Below, in pieces: positions 1 to 8,599 of a DNA stretch of 64,000 bases. The notes beneath the pieces were generated by a model, which made no database searches, was not told the DNA's origin, and saw only the letters and a program-made list of their open reading frames with translations. The first letter of the stretch is position 1. Every line of letters starts with the position of its first letter. The position numbers and the translations under genes were made by a program. Origin of the DNA: Gammaproteobacteria bacterium (lineage in GTDB: Bacteria; Pseudomonadota; Gammaproteobacteria; Burkholderiales; Burkholderiaceae_C); assembly GCA_025359085.1 (NCBI GenBank), contig JANYHL010000125.1, positions 841 through 64,840 on the forward strand. Direction: 5' to 3'.

Positions 1-1792
1 TTTGCACCACATGGCCAATCACCCGCTCCAGGCGCTCCTCATGCCCGCGTGTCAGAACCGGCTCGGTCAACTTGACCTCCAGCGTTCTGCCCTGCCCGGC
101 CGCCTGCGCCTCAATACGTTGAATGATGCCGCCCAGGTTGACCCCGAACGCCGTTCCTGGGGGCGTCGCGCCTTCGTGCAACTGCAGCATCAACTGGCGC
201 ATTCGGTCGAGTGAGTTTTCAACGGTCAACAACATGTCTTGCTGGAATTCCGGGTTGTTGCCCAAGCGTTTGGCGTTTTTCAGCATCAGCGACAACTGCG
301 TCACAATATTTTTGAGATCGTGGACCACAAAGGCCGACATGCGGTTGAAGGCGTCAAACTTGCGCACTTCCAGCAGATCTTCGGTCGCTTGCATCTGCGC
401 CAGAAAGCTGGCCGCCTGCTGGCCCGCCGTTTTCAGCAGGTCAATCACCTCCCAGTTCACCTCAACCCGTGTGCGCGCACTGGCCAACACCACAAAACCG
501 ATCAGCTCCTGCCCCACCATCAGCGGCACCACCAGCCAGGCCTGCGCCAGCTCCTGCAGCCAGCTCGGCAATTTCAACGGGCCGTAACGCCGGGAGTAGG
601 AACGGTACTCTTCCAGATTGATCACCCAGCCACTGTTCGTCAGGAACTGACAAAGCGGCGATGCGGCGTCTTCTTTCTCCAGCGTCTGCGCCAGATTCCA
701 GCGCGCGGCCTGGCTGAACGCAGCTTCGCCCTTGACCCTGATCCACAAGCCACCTGCGGGACTCTCCAGCATGTTGGCCAGGCCCCGAATCACCTGTTGC
801 CCCATCTGCTGAGGCGAATCTTGGGCCGACAAGGTACGGGTGAATTTAAGCCATTCCTCACGGTAGTCGAAACGATAACGGAAGAAGTGCTTGCCCAGAA
901 ATACCCGCAAGCGCGCGCGCAACGACCCCGACAGCACCAGCATCAGCAGCATGACCAGCGCCGAAAACACCAGTGCCAGCTGCAGTGCACGCCCCCACTC
1001 GCCGCCAAAGTAACGCACGTAGTAGCCGACACCGGAGATGAACATCAAATAGAGGCCCGCGATCAGCAAGGTGGCCGAATGAAAAGCGGCCGTGGGTGAC
1101 AGTCGGATGTTGGCGATCCAGTCGCTGCGCCGGGTGGTGGAGAGCAGCAAGAGCGGCACCACCAAGGTATGCACCAGCCCACGGATGCTGAGAGCATCGC
1201 CATCCAGTCGGTTAAACAATGTGGCCTCTGAAAACAAATAGAGGTCGAACAAAAATGCACCGGCCAAGCCCAGACACAAGGGCTTGATGTTCCAGCGCGC
1301 TTCTTCAACCACGTTTCTAAATACCTGCTCTAGCAAAACCAGGGCCAATACCGGCGACGCCATGGCGCTCAGCAGGATCAATCTTGAAGCGGCGCCCGAA
1401 GCCTTGATGCCCAAAGCGGCGAATGCGAGTACCAACAAACCAAAGCCCACCACCGTGACCGCCAGCGGCACCATCCAGACCGTGCCGATTGCTTTGCCTG
1501 CTGCCCGACTCGGGCGCAGCAAAATCAGAAAAAAAGCATACCAACAGGCGTAGCGCAACAGGTCCGCCACGGTACTCAGCAGCAACAACAGGGGGGTGCC
1601 GGTCAACAGCAGCGCCCAGCCGAGCCAACCCCAAAGAGCGCTCGATAACACGGCGGCCAGCACCGCTGTTTTAGACCACTCGTGCAAAGAGCGTCCATAG
1701 CCGAGCTGGAGCAGCCGCAAGGCAAAGGCCGAGTACGAAAAACCCACCAGGCCATAGCTCCACGTCGTCAGGACAAGACCAGCGCTATCCAT
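1..1792 (-). CDS. prsK: PEP-CTERM system sensor histidine kinase PrsK (C-terminal part runs off the window)
   Basis: Not in the ORF track because there is no stop in the window. My translation from ATG 1792 (AAGGGG SD upstream) reads MDSAGLVLTTWSYGL..., multi-TM N-terminus, LEQVFRN..RWNIKPLCLGL, KHFFRYRFDYREEWLKFT, and ends at GHEERLERVIGHVVQ (HATPase N-box region). It lies directly downstream of the priming sugar transferase, as is typical for TIGR02916-type kinases. Confidence 0.92.
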   Translation of the reverse strand, partial: MDSAGLVLTTWSYGLVGFSYSAFALRLLQLGYGRSLHEWSKTAVLAAVLSSALWGWLGWALLLTGTPLLLLLSTVADLLRYACWYAFFLILLRPSRAAGKAIGTVWMVPLAVTVVGFGLLVLAFAALGIKASGAASRLILLSAMASPVLALVLLEQVFRNVVEEARWNIKPLCLGLAGAFLFDLYLFSEATLFNRLDGDALSIRGLVHTLVVPLLLLSTTRRSDWIANIRLSPTAAFHSATLLIAGLYLMFISGVGYYVRYFGGEWGRALQLALVFSALVMLLMLVLSGSLRARLRVFLGKHFFRYRFDYREEWLKFTRTLSAQDSPQQMGQQVIRGLANMLESPAGGLWIRVKGEAAFSQAARWNLAQTLEKEDAASPLCQFLTNSGWVINLEEYRSYSRRYGPLKLPSWLQELAQAWLVVPLMVGQELIGFVVLASARTRVEVNWEVIDLLKTAGQQAASFLAQMQATEDLLEVRKFDAFNRMSAFVVHDLKNIVTQLSLMLKNAKRLGNNPEFQQDMLLTVENSLDRMRQLMLQLHEGATPPGTAFGVNLGGIIQRIEAQAAGQGRTLEVKLTEPVLTRGHEERLERVIGHVVQ

Positions 1793-1844
1793 GCTTCACC
1801 CCTTGTCGCATGACCGCAGCCACGGCACAGAAATCAAAGCCATG

Positions 1845-3227
1845 TTATTGCGCACCGATGCCCATCAGGACGACGCCCACCGTCTCAAACAGCACGACCA
1901 GATCAAGAAACAGGGAATTATTTTTCACGTAATAAAGGTCGTACTGCAGCTTCTCAGCCGCGTCTTCAACCGAGGCCCCGTAGTGGTAACGCACCTGCGC
2001 CCACCCGGTGACGCCCGGTTTGACACTTTGCCGCACCGCGTAATACGGAAGCTCTTGTGTCAACTTGTCCACAAAATAGGGACGCTCCGGGCGCGGCCCA
2101 ACCAGGCTCATGTCGCCACTGAGCACGCTGAACAGCTGCGGCAACTCATCAATGCGCAGCTTGCGGATAGTCCGGCCGACCCGTGTCACGCGGTCATCGG
2201 CCGCCAGAGCCCAGCGCGGCTTGCCGTCTTGTTCGGCGTCGCAGCGCATGCTGCGAAACTTGATTACATTGAAGAGCCGACCGTTCAAACCGACGCGTTC
2301 CTGCCGGTACAAAATCGGGCCGCCGCTCTCCAGCAAAATCAAGACGCAAGTCAGCAGCATCACCGGCAAGGCCAGCAGGATCAGCAGCGTGGCACACAGC
2401 AGATCAAAAATGCGCTTGACCACGGTGCGCACCAGGCCTTGTTTGAAGCCATCGCCAAAAATGAGCCACCCCGCCGACACTGCGTCACGGCGAATCTGGC
2501 CAAAGGTCTTCTCGAAGTGGGTGGCAACGTCGACCACCCGCACACCGTGCAACTTGCAGTCCAGCAACTCGCGCAAAGGCATACTGCCACCGCGGCGCTC
2601 CCCCACAGCCACCACAATTTCGTCAACCCGCTCGTCCATGACAATGTCGGTCAGCGACTTTGCAGACGACAGCAACTCGCGACCGCTTATCTCGCCCATC
2701 GATTCAGTGGGGCTGGCGTAGTAACCGACCAGATCAACACTGGGATCCGAATTTTTCAGGGTTCGACCCACCAGCCTGGCCCGTTCGCCCGAGCCAAAAA
2801 CCAGCACCCGCTGACGCATCATGGCCCGTGGCGTGGCGTGCGCCATATAGATTCGGTGGATCAGCAGCAGGGCCAACGCCCCAATCAGCGCCAGCAAGAA
2901 ACTCTTCTCATCCTCAAGGCTAAGCGGGGACAGACGGAAGATGATGTAGGCCAGTGACAACGAAAGACACAAGGACAGAAGGGCACGAGCACGCGTCTGC
3001 CCCAACGTGCGGTTGTGCACCCGCTGGTAGAAGCCCAGCCCCATGTTGATCACCAAGATGCCAATGGCCGACAAGACAGACACCATGATCACCACCGGGG
3101 AAACTGAGGCCGGGTGCGTCGCCTGCGACAGAACTGCAACCACCACGGTCACGACCAGCAAGCCGAGGTCAAAGCACATTTGTAAAAATGTCCGCTTGTG
3201 AAAATAGTGATCAAATATCTTTATCAT
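1845..3227 (-). CDS. Priming polyprenyl-phosphate glycosylphosphotransferase, PEP-CTERM system-associated (TIGR03013-like)
   Basis: N-terminal TM helices; C-terminal bacterial sugar transferase domain (KRIFD, KFRSM, RIDELPQL, GDMSLVGPRPERP, KPGVTGWAQV, DLYYVKN). Confidence 0.95.
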   Translation of the reverse strand: MIKIFDHYFHKRTFLQMCFDLGLLVVTVVVAVLSQATHPASVSPVVIMVSVLSAIGILVINMGLGFYQRVHNRTLGQTRARALLSLCLSLSLAYIIFRLSPLSLEDEKSFLLALIGALALLLIHRIYMAHATPRAMMRQRVLVFGSGERARLVGRTLKNSDPSVDLVGYYASPTESMGEISGRELLSSAKSLTDIVMDERVDEIVVAVGERRGGSMPLRELLDCKLHGVRVVDVATHFEKTFGQIRRDAVSAGWLIFGDGFKQGLVRTVVKRIFDLLCATLLILLALPVMLLTCVLILLESGGPILYRQERVGLNGRLFNVIKFRSMRCDAEQDGKPRWALAADDRVTRVGRTIRKLRIDELPQLFSVLSGDMSLVGPRPERPYFVDKLTQELPYYAVRQSVKPGVTGWAQVRYHYGASVEDAAEKLQYDLYYVKNNSLFLDLVVLFETVGVVLMGIGAQ

Positions 3228-3347
3228 TTTGAAACTCCACAGTCCCTTGCTGGAACTTGAGTCTGCGCTGCAGCGCTTGTTGGCGCTTGATTATTCGCAA
3301 CCGACCCAGAGAATCGTGTCAATGCAAGACGTTCGAAACACCCGCTG

Positions 3348-4604
3348 CTAAACCAGTACTTCCAGGCAAGCCGGGTGGCTCAAGAAGCCTTGCGGGCTGG
3401 CACTGGCGCCATAGGCGCCCGACTGGAATACCACCACCAGATCATCAACCTGCGCCACCGGCAGCGTCATGCGGTCGGCCAGCAGGTCCAGCGGTGTACA
3501 CAAGGGCCCCACCACCGACACTGTTTCCATTTCCAGTGAATCGGCCTTGTTGCCGATCGTGACCGGGTAGTTTTTGCGTATCACCTGGCCAAAATTGCCA
3601 GACGCTGATAAATGGTGGTGCAGCCCGCCGTCCACCACCAGATAGACCTGCCCGCGCGACACCTTGCGGTCCACGATGCGGGCCACGTAAACCCCGGCTT
3701 CACCCACCAGGTAACGACCCAGCTCGATCACCAGGGTGGCGTCGGGCAGCTCGATCCGAGCCCGCTGCGCCAGGCGGGCAAGGTTGTCGCCAATGGGGGT
3801 CAGATCCAGCCGCTGCTCCCCTGGAAAGTAGGGAATGCCAAAACCGCCCCCCAGATTCAGGACGCGCACCGGCGCGGGCGCCGACGGTGCCAGCCGCAGC
3901 GCCAGCTCGTAAGCTTTTTGCTGGGCCTCGCAAATGGATTCGGCGCGCAGGTTCTGCGAGCCGGCAAACAAATGAAAGCCCTCAAAGGCCAGACCGGCGC
4001 GGCCGATGCGGTCCAGCAACGCGGGGATTTGCTCCACGTCCACCCCAAACGGTTTGGCACCCCCGCCCATTTTCATGCCTGACCCTTTCAGTTCAAAGTC
4101 CGGGTTGACCCGCACTGCCACGCGCGCGGGCAGGCCCAAATCGCTGCAAATTGACTGCAGCGTGGTCACTTCACGAAACGATTCAATGTTGACCAAGACG
4201 CGCGATGCCACCGCCTGGCGCAACTCCGCCTCGCGCTTGCCCGGCCCGGCAAAGCTGATGTCCAGCGGGCGGGCACCCGCGTCAAGCGCCACTTTGAGCT
4301 CACCGGCCGAGGCCACGTCAATGCCATCCACCAAACCGGCCATCAAGCCCACCAGCGCGGGCATCGGGTTGGCCTTCATCGCATAGTGCAGTTTGACCGC
4401 CGCCGGCAGCACGCGGCGCAGCTGCTGCACACGCGTACGCAACAGCGCGCGGTCGTAAGCATAAAACGGGGTTTGACCCACCCGTGCGGCCAGCTGTGTC
4501 AAGCGTTCGCCCCCCACCAGCAGCTCGCCCTCGTGCAGCGCAAACTGGTCCATGAGCGCATGCACGGGCAGCGCCCGTTCTGTGACCAATTCAGTAAGCA
4601 GCAT
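3348..4604 (-). CDS. PLP-dependent group IV (LysA/BtrK-like) decarboxylase, exosortase A system-associated (TIGR03099-like)
   Basis: YAMKAN (PLP lysine), HLFAGSQ, GGGFG, ELGRYL, GPLCTPLD, GAYG. Start moved to ATG 4604 to avoid overlap with the ligase stop at 4625. Confidence 0.9.
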   Translation of the reverse strand: MLLTELVTERALPVHALMDQFALHEGELLVGGERLTQLAARVGQTPFYAYDRALLRTRVQQLRRVLPAAVKLHYAMKANPMPALVGLMAGLVDGIDVASAGELKVALDAGARPLDISFAGPGKREAELRQAVASRVLVNIESFREVTTLQSICSDLGLPARVAVRVNPDFELKGSGMKMGGGAKPFGVDVEQIPALLDRIGRAGLAFEGFHLFAGSQNLRAESICEAQQKAYELALRLAPSAPAPVRVLNLGGGFGIPYFPGEQRLDLTPIGDNLARLAQRARIELPDATLVIELGRYLVGEAGVYVARIVDRKVSRGQVYLVVDGGLHHHLSASGNFGQVIRKNYPVTIGNKADSLEMETVSVVGPLCTPLDLLADRMTLPVAQVDDLVVVFQSGAYGASASPQGFLSHPACLEVLV

Positions 4605-4624
4605 GATGGGCTCCAGTAAGGGAC

Positions 4625-6247
4625 CTAGACTTTTTCCTGCCGTGCCAGCCACTCGCTCGACAGTAATTTACGGTCGATCTTGCCGTTGGGATTGCGCGGC
4701 AACGGCCCGGTCACCAGTTCGATGCCCGCTGGCACCATGTAGGCGGGCATTCGCATCCGACACTCAGTCCACAAAAAATTTATATCATTCTGGCCTCTAG
4801 CCCTCGTCGCAACTGCGGGAGTAGCTATTATTTGTATAGCATGCCCCAGCACCGGGTGGGCCACGCCAAACGCCACGCACTCGCCCACCAGTTGCGTGGC
4901 ATACAAGATCTCTTCCACTTCGGTCGGACTGACGCGGTAGCCCGAGGTCTTCATCATCTCATCGCGCCGACCGATGAAGTACAGATAGCCTTCTGCATCA
5001 CGACGCACCGTGTCCCCGGAAAAAACCGCGTATTCGGGCAAGGGCAGGCCCGGCTGGCGTCCCGGTGCGTCGGCTGCCAGGAGCTTGTAACGCTCAGCGG
5101 TTTTTTCGATGTCGTTCCAATAGCCCATGCCGACCAGGGCTCCGCGGTGGACCAGTTCGCCGGGCTCGTCCGCCTCGCAGGGCGAGCCATCTTCACGCAA
5201 CACCAAAATCTCGGCGTTCGGAATCGCCTTGCCAATGGAGTCGGGTCGCCGCTCCACCTCTTCGGGCGGCAGGTAGGTGGAACGAAACGCTTCGGTCAGG
5301 CCATACATCAAAAAAGGTTGGGCCTGCGGCACGCGCTGGCGCAGCAGATTGAGGGTTTCACGCGGCATGCGTCCGCCGGTGTTGGCGAAGTAGCGCAGGG
5401 TCCCGTTAATGGATTCTGGCCAGTCCAGTTGCGCCAACTGGATGTACAAGGGCGGCACCGCAGTCAGGCCGGTTACCCCTTCGCGCGCCATCGTCTTTAG
5501 CACATCGCGCGGCAGCAAGTAGTTGAGCAACACCACCCGCGCGCCCACATGAAATGCCGTGGTGAGCTGGCTGAAGCCCGCGTCAAACGACAAAGGCAGC
5601 GCCGCCAGCAGCGTGTCCTGCGCCGTGTTCTCCAGGTAGGACGCCACGCTCTTGGCCCCGGCCACCATATTGCGATGCGACAGCACCACACCTTTGGGGC
5701 GGCCGGTGCTGCCCGAGGTGTAAAGAATGGCGGCCATGTCGGTGTCGATGACCCGATGCCCCGGCCGGGCCGGGCCGTCCAGCAAGTCATTCCAGGCGGT
5801 CAAGCTCCACGCGGCAGTGCCGGGCCGGGTGTCGTCGCCGAGTTCAATCGCAGTGAGCACCACATGCTGCAGGTCCGGGCAAGCCGACAAGGCCTCTTGC
5901 AGCAAAGCCAGGCGTTCGGGCGAGGTCAGCAGCACGCGCACATTGCAGTCACGCAAGATGAAAGCGACCTGCTCCGGCTTCAGCAAGGGGTTGATCGGCA
6001 CAAACACGGCACCCGCCGCAGGTGCGCCAAAACTGGCGATCACGGTCTCGAAGCGTTTTTCAAGGTAGATGGCGAGTCGCTCGCTGCGCCCCAGGCCCAG
6101 GCGCATCAGGCCGGCGGCAAACCGGCTGACATCCGCTTGCAGATCCGCATAACTGCGGCTGGCGGCGCCATCGGTAAGGGCAATCGCCAGCGGCGTGCGC
6201 TGGGCAGTCACAAAAATCAGCTCTGGCAGCAGGGTCGATTCGATCAT
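4625..6247 (-). CDS. AMP-forming acyl/aminoacyl ligase (ANL superfamily), exosortase A system-associated (TIGR03098-like)
   Basis: YTSGSTGRPKG, YGLTE, SGD, KTSGYRVSP and GKIDR adenylation motifs. Likely start MIESTLL at 6247; the longer ORF overlaps the ACP on the opposite strand. Confidence 0.93.
   Translation of the reverse strand: MIESTLLPELIFVTAQRTPLAIALTDGAASRSYADLQADVSRFAAGLMRLGLGRSERLAIYLEKRFETVIASFGAPAAGAVFVPINPLLKPEQVAFILRDCNVRVLLTSPERLALLQEALSACPDLQHVVLTAIELGDDTRPGTAAWSLTAWNDLLDGPARPGHRVIDTDMAAILYTSGSTGRPKGVVLSHRNMVAGAKSVASYLENTAQDTLLAALPLSFDAGFSQLTTAFHVGARVVLLNYLLPRDVLKTMAREGVTGLTAVPPLYIQLAQLDWPESINGTLRYFANTGGRMPRETLNLLRQRVPQAQPFLMYGLTEAFRSTYLPPEEVERRPDSIGKAIPNAEILVLREDGSPCEADEPGELVHRGALVGMGYWNDIEKTAERYKLLAADAPGRQPGLPLPEYAVFSGDTVRRDAEGYLYFIGRRDEMMKTSGYRVSPTEVEEILYATQLVGECVAFGVAHPVLGHAIQIIATPAVATRARGQNDINFLWTECRMRMPAYMVPAGIELVTGPLPRNPNGKIDRKLLSSEWLARQEKV
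4779..4840 (-). repeat. ~60-nt dispersed repeat element, copy 1 (in frame inside the ligase CDS)
   Basis: GCTAT-ACAAATA-ATAGC, 21 nt, then GGCTAGAGGCCAGAATGATATAAA; same architecture as the copies at 35574 and 60485. Confidence 0.75.
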
Positions 6248-6368
6248 GGTTACAAACAATCGTGGCGGTTGAGAAAACGCAAGCACAGAACACTCTGGCG
6301 CTGCACCCTTGGGCACTTGACCCCTAAAATTATTTTCAACAGTCAGGTCGCATACTAGGGAGTTTGAA

Positions 6369-6623
6369 TTGAATATCACACAAGCTGTCGGTCGTGTTAT
6401 TGACGAATCTCTATGTTTGAATGGGCGCAGCGCTACTTTCACGCGCAACACACCGCTGCTGGGCGCGATCCCCGAACTGGACTCGATGGCGGTTGTTGCT
6501 CTCATTACGGCGCTGGAAGAGCAGTTTGGCTTGGTCGTGGACGATGATGACATCGACGGCGCGACGTTTGCCACACTGGGTTCCCTGACCGACTTTGTCA
6601 GTCGCAAACTCGCCGTCACCTGA
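6369..6623 (+). CDS. Acyl carrier protein (ACP1), divergent from the ligase
   Basis: 84 aa, acidic, ELDSMAVVALI phosphopantetheine-Ser motif; TTG start after a GGGAG SD. Confidence 0.9.
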   Translation: MNITQAVGRVIDESLCLNGRSATFTRNTPLLGAIPELDSMAVVALITALEEQFGLVVDDDDIDGATFATLGSLTDFVSRKLAVT

Positions 6624-6673
6624 GCAGCGTTTCACACTCGCCCCAGTTCACCCCACTTTAGCCCGCCGTCCCC

Positions 6674-7600
6674 ATGCCTGTACCCGCCGAGGCCTTCTTC
6701 CTAGCCGCTGTGCCGACTACAACCGGCGCGCCTGACCAGCGGTTTTGCATTTTCTATCCAGCTCAGGGAACGACCGTGCTCGGCTTGGTCCTTTACATCC
6801 ACCCCTTCGCTGAAGAGATGAACAAGGCCCGCCGCATGGCAGCCCTGCAGGCGCGCGCACTGGCGCAAGCGGGCTACGCCGTGCTCCAGCTCGACCTGCA
6901 GGGCTGCGGCGACAGTTCCGGTGACTTCGGCGACGCCACCTGGCAAAACTGGGTCCGCGACGTGGTCTTAGGCAGTCAATGGTTACGCACGCGCCACAAC
7001 GGACCGGGGCCCCAGGGACGCTGCGCCCCGCTCTGGTTGTGGGGCTTGCGCGCCGGTTGCCTGCTGGCGGTCGAGGCGGCCCACCAGCTCGACGCACCCT
7101 GCCACTTTCTGTTCTGGCAGCCCCCGGCGACCGGACGAGCCCTGCTGCAACAGTTCCTGCGCCTGAAGGCGGCAGCCGACCTGCAGAATAACCAGGCCAA
7201 GAGCGTCATGGCCGGCCTGCGCCAGCAGTTGAGCGACGGCTTGCCGGTCGAAATTGCCGGGTACAAATTAGCACCTGAGCTGGCCACCGGTTTAGAGCAG
7301 TCGGTGTTGTTGCCCGCGCCAGCCCAGGCGCCCGGACGTCGGCTTGAATGGCTTGAGCTCTCCACCCGACCGGATGCCGCTTTCAGCCCAGCCTCCCGCC
7401 AAGCCATTGCGCAATTGCAGCAGCGCGGCTTTGAGGTAAACACCCACCTCATTGACGGCCCCGCCTTCTGGCAAACCAGCGAGATCGAAGAAGTGCCGGC
7501 CCTGATAGCAGCGACAACGACAGCCGTCTCATCCAGCAGCGCGCGGGGCGCCAGCGCGCCGTTTCAGCTTGATGCTACCGCGGAGGTACTCGCCGCATGA
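6674..7600 (+). CDS. alpha/beta hydrolase 2, exosortase A system-associated (TIGR03101-like)
   Basis: HPFAEEMNKARR, DLQGCGDS, LWGLRAG elbow, GPAFWQ; overlaps the next gene by ATGA. Confidence 0.88.
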   Translation: MPVPAEAFFLAAVPTTTGAPDQRFCIFYPAQGTTVLGLVLYIHPFAEEMNKARRMAALQARALAQAGYAVLQLDLQGCGDSSGDFGDATWQNWVRDVVLGSQWLRTRHNGPGPQGRCAPLWLWGLRAGCLLAVEAAHQLDAPCHFLFWQPPATGRALLQQFLRLKAAADLQNNQAKSVMAGLRQQLSDGLPVEIAGYKLAPELATGLEQSVLLPAPAQAPGRRLEWLELSTRPDAAFSPASRQAIAQLQQRGFEVNTHLIDGPAFWQTSEIEEVPALIAATTTAVSSSSARGASAPFQLDATAEVLAA

Positions 7601-8481
7601 GCTACACCGAAGAAGCCACCTCTTTTGCTTGCGCAGACGACAATTTGCTGGGGATTCTCTGTCAACCCGACACGCCCGCCCAGACCGGCGTCATCGTGAT
7701 TGTGGGCGGTCCTCAATACCGTGTCGGCAGCCACCGGCAATTCGTGCTGTTGGCACGCGCCCTGGCCGCTGCTGGTTATGCCGTGCTGCGTTTTGACTAT
7801 CGGGGCATGGGCGACAGCGAAGGCCAGCCCAGGCCGTTTGGGGCCGTCAGCGCCGACATTGCGGCTGCCATTGACGTCCTGCAACAACGGGTGGCGTCGG
7901 TCCGGCAAGTGGTCTTATGGGGCTTGTGCGACGGCGCCTCGGCGGCGCTCCTTTATTGTTTCGAGCATGACGATCCTCGCGTGGTCGGCTTGTGTCTGCT
8001 CAACCCCTGGGTTCGCTCCGAGGCCAGTCTGGCGCGAACCCAGATCAAGCATTACTACACGCAGCGTCTGATGCAGAAGACGTTCTGGCAGAAATTACTG
8101 AGTGGCAGAATGGCGCTGGGCGTCCTCAGTGATCTGACCTACAACATCCGGCTATCGACCTCGGGATCAGGCTGGCTGCGCACTGAAAAACAAAGCTTTC
8201 AGCAAAGCATGGCGCTGGCCTGGCAGCGCTTCAGTGGCCAAATATTGTTACTCTTGAGCGGCGATGATTACGTGGCCAAGGAGTTTCTGGAGTATGCCAA
8301 TACGAATGCCGCCTGGAAGGACGCATGGGCCCATGCTCATCTGCAACGCCACAACTTGCCCGAAGTCGATCACACTTGCTCCAGCGCGATGTCGCGCCAA
8401 CGGGTCGAACAACTCACCCTGGACTGGCTGCTACAGCAAGGTGCGTCCACCCACCGCAGCCGTGACGGGATGGCAGCCTGA
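7597..8481 (+). CDS. alpha/beta hydrolase 1, exosortase A system-associated (TIGR03100-like)
   Basis: VGGPQYRVGSHRQF, FDYRGMGDSEG, LWGLCDG nucleophile elbow, LLNPWVR, late DHT. Confidence 0.9.
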   Translation: MSYTEEATSFACADDNLLGILCQPDTPAQTGVIVIVGGPQYRVGSHRQFVLLARALAAAGYAVLRFDYRGMGDSEGQPRPFGAVSADIAAAIDVLQQRVASVRQVVLWGLCDGASAALLYCFEHDDPRVVGLCLLNPWVRSEASLARTQIKHYYTQRLMQKTFWQKLLSGRMALGVLSDLTYNIRLSTSGSGWLRTEKQSFQQSMALAWQRFSGQILLLLSGDDYVAKEFLEYANTNAAWKDAWAHAHLQRHNLPEVDHTCSSAMSRQRVEQLTLDWLLQQGASTHRSRDGMAA

Positions 8482-8599
8482 CATGCACCATCAACGTTTT
8501 GGCCCCCGCGACTGCGCTTTCCCCCATCCCGGCGCGCCAGATGGCCTGGATGACCACGAGGGTCAAAAAAATCATGCTTTATTTCTCGCCAGGGAGTAG

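Noticed and set aside
2-1674. Plus-strand and short minus-strand ORFs over the first 1.8 kb
   Set aside because: They are shadows of prsK, which the ORF track missed because its stop lies outside the window.
3265-3276. Perfect 12-bp palindrome GCGCTGCAGCGC upstream of the priming transferase
   Set aside because: It is an all-GC-type palindrome likely by chance at this composition and is not repeated elsewhere.
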